This document shows positions 7,954 through 15,685 of a stretch of 35,863 bases of DNA, piece after piece. Origin of the DNA: Thermoplasmatota archaeon (GTDB lineage: Archaea > Thermoplasmatota > SW-10-69-26 > JACQPN01 > JAJPHT01); contig JBFILE010000001.1 of the NCBI GenBank assembly GCA_041599855.1, positions 1 to 35,863 of the forward strand. Reading direction: 5' to 3'. Position 1 is the first letter of the stretch. Each line of letters opens with the position of its first letter. The notes below the pieces were generated by a model. The model was not told the DNA's origin. It was given only the letters and a program-made list of their open reading frames with translations, and did not search any database. A program made the position numbers and the translations under genes.

Positions 7954-8898
7954 ATGCGTACCGCATCGATGAGTCGGGTGGACCCGTGGTTCAGGATGGT
8001 TGACTTCTCCCTTGCCTGGGACACGATCATGGGCCTCGTTCGCGGCACCATCGCCCTCCTCCCGATCCTCGCCATCGGCGCCATCGTGTTCGCCGTATTC
8101 TACGCGGTCGGGCATGCGGTGCGGACGATCATCGTGCGCACGACGGCGAACCGCGTGCATGCCAACGTGGGGCTTGTCATGGGCCGCCTGGCCCGGTGGG
8201 GCCTCACGTTCACCGGACTCCTGATCGCCGCCACCATCGTGATCCCCTCGGTCACCGTGGGCACCCTGATCGGCGTCCTCGGGCTCACCAGCGTGGCAGT
8301 AGGTTTCGCGTTCAAGGACATCCTGCAGAACTTCCTCGCGGGCATCCTCATCCTCCTCCAGGAGCCGTTCCGGGTCGGCGACCAGATCACCGTGGGAGAG
8401 CACGAAGGCACCGTGGAGGAGATCCGGACGCGGGCCACCAAGATCCGCACCTACGACAACCGCCGCATCGTCATCCCGAATGCGGACCTCTACACCGACG
8501 CCGTCACGGTGCACACCGCTTTCGAGAACCGTCGAAGTGAATTCGTGGTCGGCATCGGGTACGGGGAAGACCTGCCGGAGGCGAAGCGCATCATCGCGGA
8601 CGCGGTGGCGACGGTGGACGGCGTCCTCGATGATCCCGCACCCGAGGCGCTGACCGAGGAACTCGCGGGGTCGAGCGTCGACATCAAGGTCCGCTGGTGG
8701 ACGAAGGCGGATCGGAGCACGGTCGTCCATGTGACGGACCGGGTGATCACGGCCGTGAAGCTGACCCTCGATGACGCGGGTGTCGACATCCCGTTCCCGA
8801 TCCGGACCGTCCTCTTCGAGGATCGGGCGGACGGCCGGGAACGTCTGACCGGCGAAGCAGCGCGCGACGAAAGGTCGGGGCCACGGCTCGACCGTTGA
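7954..8898 (+). CDS. MscS-family small-conductance mechanosensitive channel
   Basis: Three N-terminal TM helices, then AVGFAFKDILQNFLAGILILLQEPFRVGDQITVGEHEGTVEEIRTRATKIRTYDNRRIVIPNADL, the MscS pore-helix and beta-domain signature. Alternative starts at ATG 7969 and 7996. Confidence 0.85.
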   Translation: MRTASMSRVDPWFRMVDFSLAWDTIMGLVRGTIALLPILAIGAIVFAVFYAVGHAVRTIIVRTTANRVHANVGLVMGRLARWGLTFTGLLIAATIVIPSVTVGTLIGVLGLTSVAVGFAFKDILQNFLAGILILLQEPFRVGDQITVGEHEGTVEEIRTRATKIRTYDNRRIVIPNADLYTDAVTVHTAFENRRSEFVVGIGYGEDLPEAKRIIADAVATVDGVLDDPAPEALTEELAGSSVDIKVRWWTKADRSTVVHVTDRVITAVKLTLDDAGVDIPFPIRTVLFEDRADGRERLTGEAARDERSGPRLDR

Positions 8899-8975
8899 TG
8901 CACCTCTGGTCCATGGAGTCCGGATCGGCGGTGCCGGTGCGTGGACGACGCGCACCCACGGCGAAGCCGGAGGGG

Positions 8976-10061
8976 TCAGTCGCCCCGGAGCGCCCGCAAC
9001 TCCCGGTACTGTTCCTCAAGGTGCCACGGCACCTCGGCGAACACGTCCTCGACGAGGCTCCGGGAATCCGGTGGGCTGGCAGCTTCGGCCACCTGGATGG
9101 CCCGTGAGATCGCCTCGTTCATCTCCGCGACCGCGGCATCCTCCTTCGCCGCGGACCAGATGCCGCGGGCTTCGAGGTACGTGCGGAAGCGGGTGACGGG
9201 GTCGCGGGCGGCCCATGCGGCCACCTCTTCCGGGTCCCGATACCGCGTGGGATCGTCGGACGAGGAGTGCCCCTGCATGCGATAGGTCACGAGTTCGATG
9301 AGGGTGGGCCCGCCACCGGCGCGGGCGCGGTCCACGGCCTTCCGGGTTTCCCGGTACACGGCGAGGGCATCGTTGCCGTCGACGCGGACGCCGGGCATGC
9401 CGTACGCGGTCGCCTTCACCGCGATGCCATCGCTCGCGGTCTGCTTGTGGAACGGGACGCTGATGGCCCAGTGGTTGTTCTGGCAGACGAAGACGGTGGG
9501 CGTCTTCCAGACGGCCGCGAAGTTCATGGCCACGTGGAAGTCGCTCTCGCTTGTGGCACCGTCACCCATGTAGCCGGCCATGACGGTGGATTCGCCGCGG
9601 AGTTTCGCGGCATATGCAGCGCCGACGGCGTGCGGGAGTTGCGTCGCCATGCAGCTCCCCCAGCTGAAGAAGTTCTGCTCCCGGTCGCTGAAGTGGCACG
9701 GCATGCTGCGGCCCTTCTCGGTGGATTCGCCGGTGCCGAAGAGGTGGTGGAAGTACTTCTCCAGCGAGTAGCCGCGCATGAGGAGGATGCCGCTCTGGCG
9801 CAGGGCCGGGAAGATCCAGTCCCCGGGTTCAAAGGCGAACCCGCTTGCGATGATGGCCGCCTCTTCCCCCGTGCTCGTCCCGAAGAAGCCGATGCGCCCC
9901 TGGCGTTGCAGGTTCATGCAACGCGAATCGAGGGTGCGGGCAAGGAGCATGGCGCGGTACATCGTTTCGAGGTCCGCATCCGAAAGGGCGGGCTCCTCTG
10001 CCTTTGCGGCAAGGGTGCCATCCTCCTTGAGAATCTGGACGGGGGGCGTGACGGCGGCCAT
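8976..10061 (-). CDS. Thiamine-diphosphate-dependent 2-oxoacid dehydrogenase E1 component, alpha subunit
   Basis: TPP-binding motif YMGDGATSESDFHVAMNFAAVWKTPTVFVCQNNHWAIS, plus YRMQGHSSSDDPTRYR, typical of PDH/BCKDH E1-alpha. No E1-beta, E2 or E3 gene is adjacent. Confidence 0.85.
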   Translation of the reverse strand: MAAVTPPVQILKEDGTLAAKAEEPALSDADLETMYRAMLLARTLDSRCMNLQRQGRIGFFGTSTGEEAAIIASGFAFEPGDWIFPALRQSGILLMRGYSLEKYFHHLFGTGESTEKGRSMPCHFSDREQNFFSWGSCMATQLPHAVGAAYAAKLRGESTVMAGYMGDGATSESDFHVAMNFAAVWKTPTVFVCQNNHWAISVPFHKQTASDGIAVKATAYGMPGVRVDGNDALAVYRETRKAVDRARAGGGPTLIELVTYRMQGHSSSDDPTRYRDPEEVAAWAARDPVTRFRTYLEARGIWSAAKEDAAVAEMNEAISRAIQVAEAASPPDSRSLVEDVFAEVPWHLEEQYRELRALRGD

Positions 10062-10091
10062 GGCGACGGGCGGGCAGTTGCGGCGAGGGGC

Positions 10092-10102
10092 TTAATGATA
10101 TT
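10092..10102 (-). promoter_or_regulatory. TATA-box-like element for the E1-alpha gene (AATATCATTAA on the minus strand)
   Basis: It is the only A/T-rich patch in the divergent intergenic region and lies 31-41 nt upstream of ATG 10061. That position implies a leaderless or near-leaderless mRNA. It sits in the loop of the inverted repeat GCGAGG...CCTCGC. Confidence 0.3.
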
Positions 10103-10353
10103 CCTCGCGCCCACCCGCGGAGGCGGATCCGTGCCCGTGGGCGCAGGCGCGCAGCCGGGAGGCGCGTGCTCCAGCGTGTGCACGCGAACCCGCGCGCAAG
10201 CATCAGGGTCGACCGACCCGGCGTCGCACCCCAGGTCCGACCCCGATGACCGATCGACCCCACCGAGACCCTCCATGGTTGACACGTCCAGTCCTTTGTT
10301 CCCCTCGTCCCCTCCCGACATGGACTTGTCCACCTTGACCATACCTTGTCGCC

Positions 10354-12138
10354 ATGGTGTCCGGGACGCCACAATCGGACGACGGCGGCCTGGCCCTCAT
10401 CACATGGTTCGTCGGCGGCATCACCTTCGTCGCCCTCCTCGGCCTCATCCTCTGGGCCATGTCCGCGATGACGCCGTCCGACCCGGAGGTGACGGGCGAG
10501 ACAAGCATGATCCTCGCGAGGGACATCACGGAAATCCTCGTGCGCCCCGGGACCCCTTCGTGGACGACCCATGTGGACGCGCTCGTCCTGCAATCCGCCC
10601 AGCCGGGGTTCGGCAACGGCCAAGGCATCCTCGACGTCCCCGCCCTCGACCTGCTCAATCGCGGCGAGCCGGAGGTGACGGATGCCTCGAACGGCTACCT
10701 GGACATGCCGGAACTCATGGCCGCCATGGACATCGACGACCGCGGCATCCACATCCGTGCGTACCCATCCTACACCCACAATCCCGCGTGCGGGGGTGGT
10801 GAAAGCGGCATCGACGCCTACCGGGTCGCGCTCCTTGAACCGGCACCCGCCGAACGCGGCACCCGCCAATGGGAATCCTCCATCCTCGCCCGCCTTTGCG
10901 CGTCGTACACGAACGCCTCCTACGACCCGACGACGGGAACGGGTTCCAACGTCGAGATGTCCACGGCCGCGAGCAACATCACGCCGCACCTGACCCCTCG
11001 ATTCCTCGGCTTCGCATACCAGGAGTACCGCGGCGGACTCCCGCGGGACATCGGGGACTACGGGTGGTCGCTCGCCGAGGACGGCGGCACATGGCTTGCC
11101 CGGTTCGGCGACGGCACGGACATCGCCTACAATTCCGGTGAGGAGGATCGTTTGGCGAGCCCGCGGATCGAGGCCGCCGGCGTCTCCCGGATCACCCTCA
11201 CATGGCGGGAGCGCGTCACCGATGACGGGACCACCCCGGCCATCGACCGGGGCGTCGTGCAGGTGGGTACGATCTCGGTGGCCGATGTGACCACGTGGCT
11301 CCCGGATGATGCCACGTCGAGCACGGACACCGCCGGCGCATGGGTGGCGCGGAGTGCCACGTTCGTTCCCGCGAGTCCGTTCGAAGGCGGCATCCGCGTC
11401 GCATTCACATGGATCGCGTCCGCGGTCCCGCCCCGCGCCCTCGTGAGCGGAGGCTGGGAGATCGATGACATCGTGGTGAAGGACGACAGCGGACGCACCC
11501 TCTGGACCAACGACTTCGAGCTGGACTCGGCCGGAGTGGATGCGGTCATCGTGGGCTCGGGCGCGAGCGTCGACCACACGATTGATCCGCTTTCCCAAGG
11601 CGCGTTGACCGCCTTCGTGTCCCGCGGCGGCGCATTGATCATCCTCCCGACAAGCGGCGACCCGCAGGCATTCGAGGATTCCTTCGGCCTCGTCCGGAGC
11701 GACACCACGAACGGCACGAAGCCCCCCCGGCACAAACATCCCGTCCTTGTGACGCCGAATGCCCTGGCGACCGCATGGTACCCGGAGAGTGGAACGTGGA
11801 CGGTTCCCGCCGCGTGGTCCGGCACGTATGACCCGGCGCTCGTCTCGAAGCGCCTCGAATCGAAGCTGCTCGTCGATCGACGCGGACGACTCGGGGAGGG
11901 GACCGTGATCGCGAGCGCGTTCGCCCTTGAAGCGCTCCCCGCCGGGGATGACCTGCGCTTCCTTGCGAACACGCTCATGTTCGCTGCGAACCGGGACCTG
12001 TATGCGGAAGCCGGCCCGCCCATCCCGACCGATCACGAGGTCGGAACTTCGTCCAGCATCCTTTTCGGACGCGGCTCGGACCGGGCAGAGGACGTGGTGC
12101 TTCTCACCTACGTGTGGTATGAGGGTAGACCGAGTTGA
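10354..12138 (+). CDS. Hypothetical membrane-anchored extracellular protein with a pilin-like N-terminus
   Basis: N-terminus MVSGTPQSDDGG-LALITWFVGGITFVALLGLILWAM carries the same D-D-x-G motif plus hydrophobic helix as the pilus-cluster proteins. The mature part is Thr/Ser/Gly-rich with several N-x-S/T sequons. The C-terminal segment (VDAVIVGSGASV...FVSRGGALIILPTSG...HPVLVTPNAL) loosely resembles class-I-glutamine-amidotransferase-like (DUF4350-like) folds, which is a weak call. Confidence 0.55.
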   Translation: MVSGTPQSDDGGLALITWFVGGITFVALLGLILWAMSAMTPSDPEVTGETSMILARDITEILVRPGTPSWTTHVDALVLQSAQPGFGNGQGILDVPALDLLNRGEPEVTDASNGYLDMPELMAAMDIDDRGIHIRAYPSYTHNPACGGGESGIDAYRVALLEPAPAERGTRQWESSILARLCASYTNASYDPTTGTGSNVEMSTAASNITPHLTPRFLGFAYQEYRGGLPRDIGDYGWSLAEDGGTWLARFGDGTDIAYNSGEEDRLASPRIEAAGVSRITLTWRERVTDDGTTPAIDRGVVQVGTISVADVTTWLPDDATSSTDTAGAWVARSATFVPASPFEGGIRVAFTWIASAVPPRALVSGGWEIDDIVVKDDSGRTLWTNDFELDSAGVDAVIVGSGASVDHTIDPLSQGALTAFVSRGGALIILPTSGDPQAFEDSFGLVRSDTTNGTKPPRHKHPVLVTPNALATAWYPESGTWTVPAAWSGTYDPALVSKRLESKLLVDRRGRLGEGTVIASAFALEALPAGDDLRFLANTLMFAANRDLYAEAGPPIPTDHEVGTSSSILFGRGSDRAEDVVLLTYVWYEGRPS

Positions 12139-12154
12139 ATCGGCCACCCGATTC
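12137..12154. terminator. Hairpin between convergent genes (GAATCGG-CCAC-CCGATTC)
   Basis: Perfect 7-bp stem with a 4-nt loop, overlapping the TGA stop (12136-12138) of the 10354 gene. It lies in the 50-nt gap before the convergent TauE gene. Confidence 0.25.
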
Positions 12155-12188
12155 CGGGACCGGGGATGCGGCCCCCCGCCCGCCCGCG

Positions 12189-12995
12189 CTACAACAACAC
12201 CCATCCCTGCACGGCCATGGACGCGCCGACGAGGATGAGGAACCCGGCGAATGCGCGTCGCAACCGGGCCGCGTTCAACCGGTGCGCGAGGCCCGCGCCC
12301 ATGAATGCCCCGACGACGGCCCCTGCGGCGAGTGCGGGCGCGAGGATGACGACCGCCGACCAGTACCCGAGTTCCAGGTGTGTCACGGTGGCGGCGGCCG
12401 CATTGATGAGGATGGCGACGAGGCTCGTGCCGATGGCGAGGTGGATCGGGATGCCCGTATACACCATGGCGGGCACCATCACGATGCCACCTCCAACGCC
12501 GAAGAATCCGGCGATGACGCCGGCCGCCAGACCCGTCACTGCGGTGATGGCGAGCTCCACGGGTCGCGTCAGCTTCCTCGGTTCCGGCACGCGACTTCGC
12601 AGCATCCGGATGCCGGTCACCACGAGGAACACACCGAAGGCAGCGCGGAGGACCGCTTCCGGAAACCCCTCGGCAAGGAGAACGGCGATCGCCGCACCCA
12701 CGGCACCCATCGCACCAAGGACGATTCCCCTCGCAAGGTCCACGCTCCCCTTGGCGCGATGGCGGAGGATTCCCACGATGGTGCCGACCATCATCGCGGC
12801 CAGACTCGCGGCCTTCGCCACGAGGAATGTCGTCCCTTCCACGATGAAGAGGAGGGCGGGCACCATGATGACGCCGCCACCCACGCCGAAGAGACCGGAC
12901 GCGATGCCGGCGACGATTCCGACGAGGAACGCGACCACGACGGTGACGGGATCCACGGCCTCGGAGACGCGGCATCCCTCATGATACCGGGGCAT
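12189..12995 (-). CDS. TauE/SafE (TSUP, DUF81) family anion exporter / membrane permease
   Basis: Two internal repeats, each with the family motif: GIASGLFGVGGGVIMVPALLF and GVIAGFFGVGGGIVMVPAMVY. About 8 TM helices. Start set at ATG 12995 (MPRYHEG...). ATG 13013 is a possible alternative. Confidence 0.8.
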   Translation of the reverse strand: MPRYHEGCRVSEAVDPVTVVVAFLVGIVAGIASGLFGVGGGVIMVPALLFIVEGTTFLVAKAASLAAMMVGTIVGILRHRAKGSVDLARGIVLGAMGAVGAAIAVLLAEGFPEAVLRAAFGVFLVVTGIRMLRSRVPEPRKLTRPVELAITAVTGLAAGVIAGFFGVGGGIVMVPAMVYTGIPIHLAIGTSLVAILINAAAATVTHLELGYWSAVVILAPALAAGAVVGAFMGAGLAHRLNAARLRRAFAGFLILVGASMAVQGWVLL

Positions 12996-13134
12996 CCATG
13001 ACGGGCGGGGCATCCATGCCGGGGCGCCGGGGGACGGACGCGTGCCAGCCGGCCGCAACCCCCCTGCACGGGCACAGGTTCGGGTTGACAGACCCGCCAA
13101 GATGGGCGACGCGCGTTTTTCCCCCGGCCGATTG

Positions 13135-13143
13135 TTTTAATAG
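13135..13143 (+). promoter_or_regulatory. TATA-box-like element (TTTTAATAG) upstream of the KaiC/ArlH-like gene
   Basis: A/T-rich nonamer 37-45 nt upstream of ATG 13180, preceded by a T5 run. AAGGA lies 9 nt upstream of the ATG. Confidence 0.35.
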
Positions 13144-13179
13144 CATCCGACCGAGGAAGGACGAGAAGGACCACCCTGT

Positions 13180-13899
13180 ATGCCTGCAACCCTGTCCACG
13201 ACGGGGATCTCCGGCCTCGATGCTCAACTTGGCGGCGGGGTCCCCCGAGGATCCACGATCCTGCTCCTGTCGGAGCCAGGCAACGCCATCTCCCTTTTCT
13301 CGGAGCAGTTCGCAGGTGGCGGGCTCATGGTGAATGATCCGGTCACGTACATCGAGATGGATCGCCCGCCTGTTGGCCTTCGGGACAGGATCCTCGCGTT
13401 CAAGCAGGGGAACGGGACCCAACCCCAGCTCGACGTCCACGACGGGTACTCGAGCCAGTTTGCCATCGCGCGGACCGCAGCGAAGCAACCGGGCGTCCTC
13501 GGGATGAAGCGGGAGGACGTGTTCAACACGGCCATCAAGGCCGCCATGAGCGCGGGACAGAATTATCGCCTCGTCATCGAGAGCCTCAGTGGATTCACGC
13601 GCCCCGAGAACGAGGCCAGCGTCGTCGAGTTCGTCCGTAACCTCAGCTTCATCGGCCAGGAATACGGGGGCATGCACATGATCTCCCTCGTGAAGGGCCT
13701 CCACAGCCCCCAGTTCGAGACCCAGTTGCGCCATCTCGCAACAGGTGTCCTCGAGGTCGGGTCCGAGAAGAAGGGGTTCGGGATCTACTCGTACCTCATC
13801 GTCTCGAAGATGCTGAACGTCCGGGATCCGGTCCGCATGCTCCTCTTCAAGGAGACGGACAAGGGATTGTGGCTGGAATCCACGAAGCGGGTGTTCTGA
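13180..13899 (+). CDS. KaiC/RecA-superfamily, ArlH(FlaH)-like protein with a degenerate Walker A motif
   Basis: 239 aa. TGISGLDAQLGGGVPRGSTILLLSEPGNAISLFSEQFA aligns to the KaiC/ArlH pattern tGIpgLDelLgGGlprGs..li.GppGtGKT. Walker-B-like YRLVIESLSGF is present. The P-loop reads S-E-P-G-N-A-I-S and has no lysine. Confidence 0.7.
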   Translation: MPATLSTTGISGLDAQLGGGVPRGSTILLLSEPGNAISLFSEQFAGGGLMVNDPVTYIEMDRPPVGLRDRILAFKQGNGTQPQLDVHDGYSSQFAIARTAAKQPGVLGMKREDVFNTAIKAAMSAGQNYRLVIESLSGFTRPENEASVVEFVRNLSFIGQEYGGMHMISLVKGLHSPQFETQLRHLATGVLEVGSEKKGFGIYSYLIVSKMLNVRDPVRMLLFKETDKGLWLESTKRVF

Positions 13900-13966
13900 T
13901 CCGTGCGGAGGCGGGCGTACTGCTCGCCGTCAGCGGTAAATTGCCCCCTTGGCTCTTCCCGTGCCT

Positions 13967-13978
13967 ACATATAGAGGG
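13967..13978 (+). promoter_or_regulatory. TATA-box-like element (ACATATAGAGGG) upstream of the first prepilin gene
   Basis: A/T-rich box followed by GGG, 22-33 nt upstream of ATG 14000. A second candidate, GGTAAATT, lies at 13935-13942. Confidence 0.3.
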
Positions 13979-13999
13979 TCTTGGCGAGCAGGGGTCTGG

Positions 14000-15163
14000 A
14001 TGTCTGCGGGGTCTGCCAACAACGCATCAGTCTCCCGGCCCCGAATGCCGGCGAGCCATCCGCGCGGAACCATGTTCCGATGGCGGAGCGACGACGGCGT
14101 GAGTCCCGTCATCGGCATGATCATGATCCTCGCCATCTCCGTGGTCGGCGTGAGTGCCGTCCTCGTGTGGGGCCTACCCGCGATCGAATCCATGAAGGAG
14201 CAGGTCGAGTACAAGAGCGTCCAGAACCAGTTCGACGAACTGGATGCGACCGTGCGCGAGCTCGTTGCCGGCACCGCCGGCAAGACCGCGAAACGCTGGC
14301 AACCCTCGCTCTCCCGCGGCGGCATCACGATCGAAGCCAACACGGAACGGTGGCTCGTCGCCACCGACCGCGACGCGAGCTACAATTTCACGTACATCGA
14401 ATTCGTGGACGCCGACAACGCCCTGAAGATCGTGAACCACGGGGCCTCATCCGTGACCATCATGGTGAACGCGTCGCTCGTCGATGGGGCAAGCGAAACC
14501 CTGCTCAACGTGTCGGCGGTTTCCGGATCCTCCATTCCCATGACGACGGCGGGCGCCGTCACGATTGCCAGTGGCGCATCCCAGGAATTCTGGACCTACA
14601 CGACCGTGGGTGTCGCGCGAAGCCACTACGAAGGGACATTCCATTTCGAGATCACGGACTCCACGACCAGCCAGACGGTCGGCGAAGCGTGGATCGTGGA
14701 CACGGGAGCCATCCACTACAAGCTCATCGGCGCCGCCCAACCGAGGCACGTGTACAGTTCCAACGGCGCCATCATCCCGGGCCAGGGCGACGGGTTCTTC
14801 GTGGACAACACGCCGCCCATCCCCGCGCCGCGCACGAGCGCCGGAAGCCACCGGTTCTTCATGCGCACCGTCCAGTTCAACGGCACCGGGTCGTTCTCGG
14901 GTGAAGCCCGCTTCGACGTTCTGTTCAGCCTCTATTCCACCGCGACCCTGTCCGACGAGACGGGCGTGCCCCGGATCAAGATCTACGCGACCGGGAACCT
15001 CACGAACGCGTGGCACACATTCTTCCTCGACGAAGCCCGCGGGTACAACTTCACAACGGTGACCGAGACGGTGGGGAGCGAAGGGCGCACCTACCTGGAA
15101 TACGAATACTCGGGCGGCATGGTGTTCACCCTCGTCCACAGCGTGATCACGGCAAGCACTTGA
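14000..15163 (+). CDS. Archaeal type IV prepilin-like protein (Pilin_N / DUF1628-type N-terminus), ~365-390 aa
   Basis: RSDDGVSPVIGMIMILAISVVGVSAVLVWG is the classic Pilin_N signature (ddrGVSPVIGviLm.aIt). The mature part is beta-rich with 6 N-x-S/T sequons (NFT, NAS, NVS, NGT, NLT, NFT). Start is uncertain: ATG 14000 (fits the TATA spacing), 14045 or 14072 (MFRWRSDDGVSPVIG). TTG 13949 from the ORF track lies upstream of or within the promoter candidates. Confidence 0.7.
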   Translation: MSAGSANNASVSRPRMPASHPRGTMFRWRSDDGVSPVIGMIMILAISVVGVSAVLVWGLPAIESMKEQVEYKSVQNQFDELDATVRELVAGTAGKTAKRWQPSLSRGGITIEANTERWLVATDRDASYNFTYIEFVDADNALKIVNHGASSVTIMVNASLVDGASETLLNVSAVSGSSIPMTTAGAVTIASGASQEFWTYTTVGVARSHYEGTFHFEITDSTTSQTVGEAWIVDTGAIHYKLIGAAQPRHVYSSNGAIIPGQGDGFFVDNTPPIPAPRTSAGSHRFFMRTVQFNGTGSFSGEARFDVLFSLYSTATLSDETGVPRIKIYATGNLTNAWHTFFLDEARGYNFTTVTETVGSEGRTYLEYEYSGGMVFTLVHSVITAST

Positions 15164-15177
15164 CGGAGGATGATGAC

Positions 15178-15681
15178 ATGATCAAACGACGCTCGACAGG
15201 CATCCGCCGGAACGACTCAGGCGTGTCCGAGGTCATCGGTTTCCTCCTGATGTTCGTCATCTCGAGCTTCCTCCTCGTCATCGCCATGTCCACGTTCAAC
15301 AACTCGCAGGACACGAGCGAGGGCGTCGTGACCGCAGTCGAGATGAAGAGTGTCGCCGCGCGCGTCGCAAGCCGCGTCCTCGAAGCGTCCATCGTGGCGC
15401 AGGATTTCCCCAACGCCACCTACGAGATCCAGGTGGACCTGCCGACGCCTCCCAACGACCGCGACTACCGCGTGACACTCACCGCATCCTCGGTGGATGT
15501 GGACACGACGAAAGGCAGCGCCACGGCAACCACGACCACGTACAAGCTGGACGCGATCAACGACCTCGTGCTCTCCGGCGAAGTGTACAGCTACCACAAG
15601 ACCGCCGTCATCCGGTACGCCCCAGTGATCTCGGGCAGCACCCTGACGAAGACCATCACCCTCCTCCCCCTCCAGGACTGA
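15178..15681 (+). CDS. Small archaeal type IV prepilin-like protein (167 aa; candidate major subunit)
   Basis: MIKRRSTGIRRNDSGVSEVIGFLLMFVISSFLLVIAM: short basic n-region plus Pilin_N motif. GGAGGA lies 7 nt upstream of ATG 15178. Confidence 0.75.
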   Translation: MIKRRSTGIRRNDSGVSEVIGFLLMFVISSFLLVIAMSTFNNSQDTSEGVVTAVEMKSVAARVASRVLEASIVAQDFPNATYEIQVDLPTPPNDRDYRVTLTASSVDVDTTKGSATATTTTYKLDAINDLVLSGEVYSYHKTAVIRYAPVISGSTLTKTITLLPLQD

Positions 15682-15685
15682 TACC

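Noticed and set aside
7111-8955. 614-aa ORF antisense to the DUF599 and MscS genes.
   Set aside because: Arg/Asp/His/Gly/Pro-rich shadow frame spanning two real genes and their intergenic region. No motifs.
9829-12975. 1048-aa minus-strand ORF spanning the E1-alpha 5' end, the 10354 gene and part of TauE; also 9267-10802 (+).
   Set aside because: Extremely Arg/Gly/His-rich. It crosses gene boundaries and intergenic regions and is antisense or out of frame to genes with clear signatures.
12989-13018. Direct repeat GGGGCATCCATG x2 (18-bp period) at the TauE 5' end.
   Set aside because: The repeat is real but short. It just duplicates a W-M-P-R peptide and an alternative ATG, and I can infer nothing further from it.
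12979-13734. 251-aa ORF antisense to the KaiC/ArlH-like gene.
   Set aside because: The plus-strand frame carries the KaiC-family N-terminal motif and is preceded by a TATA-like box. The antisense frame has no recognisable features.
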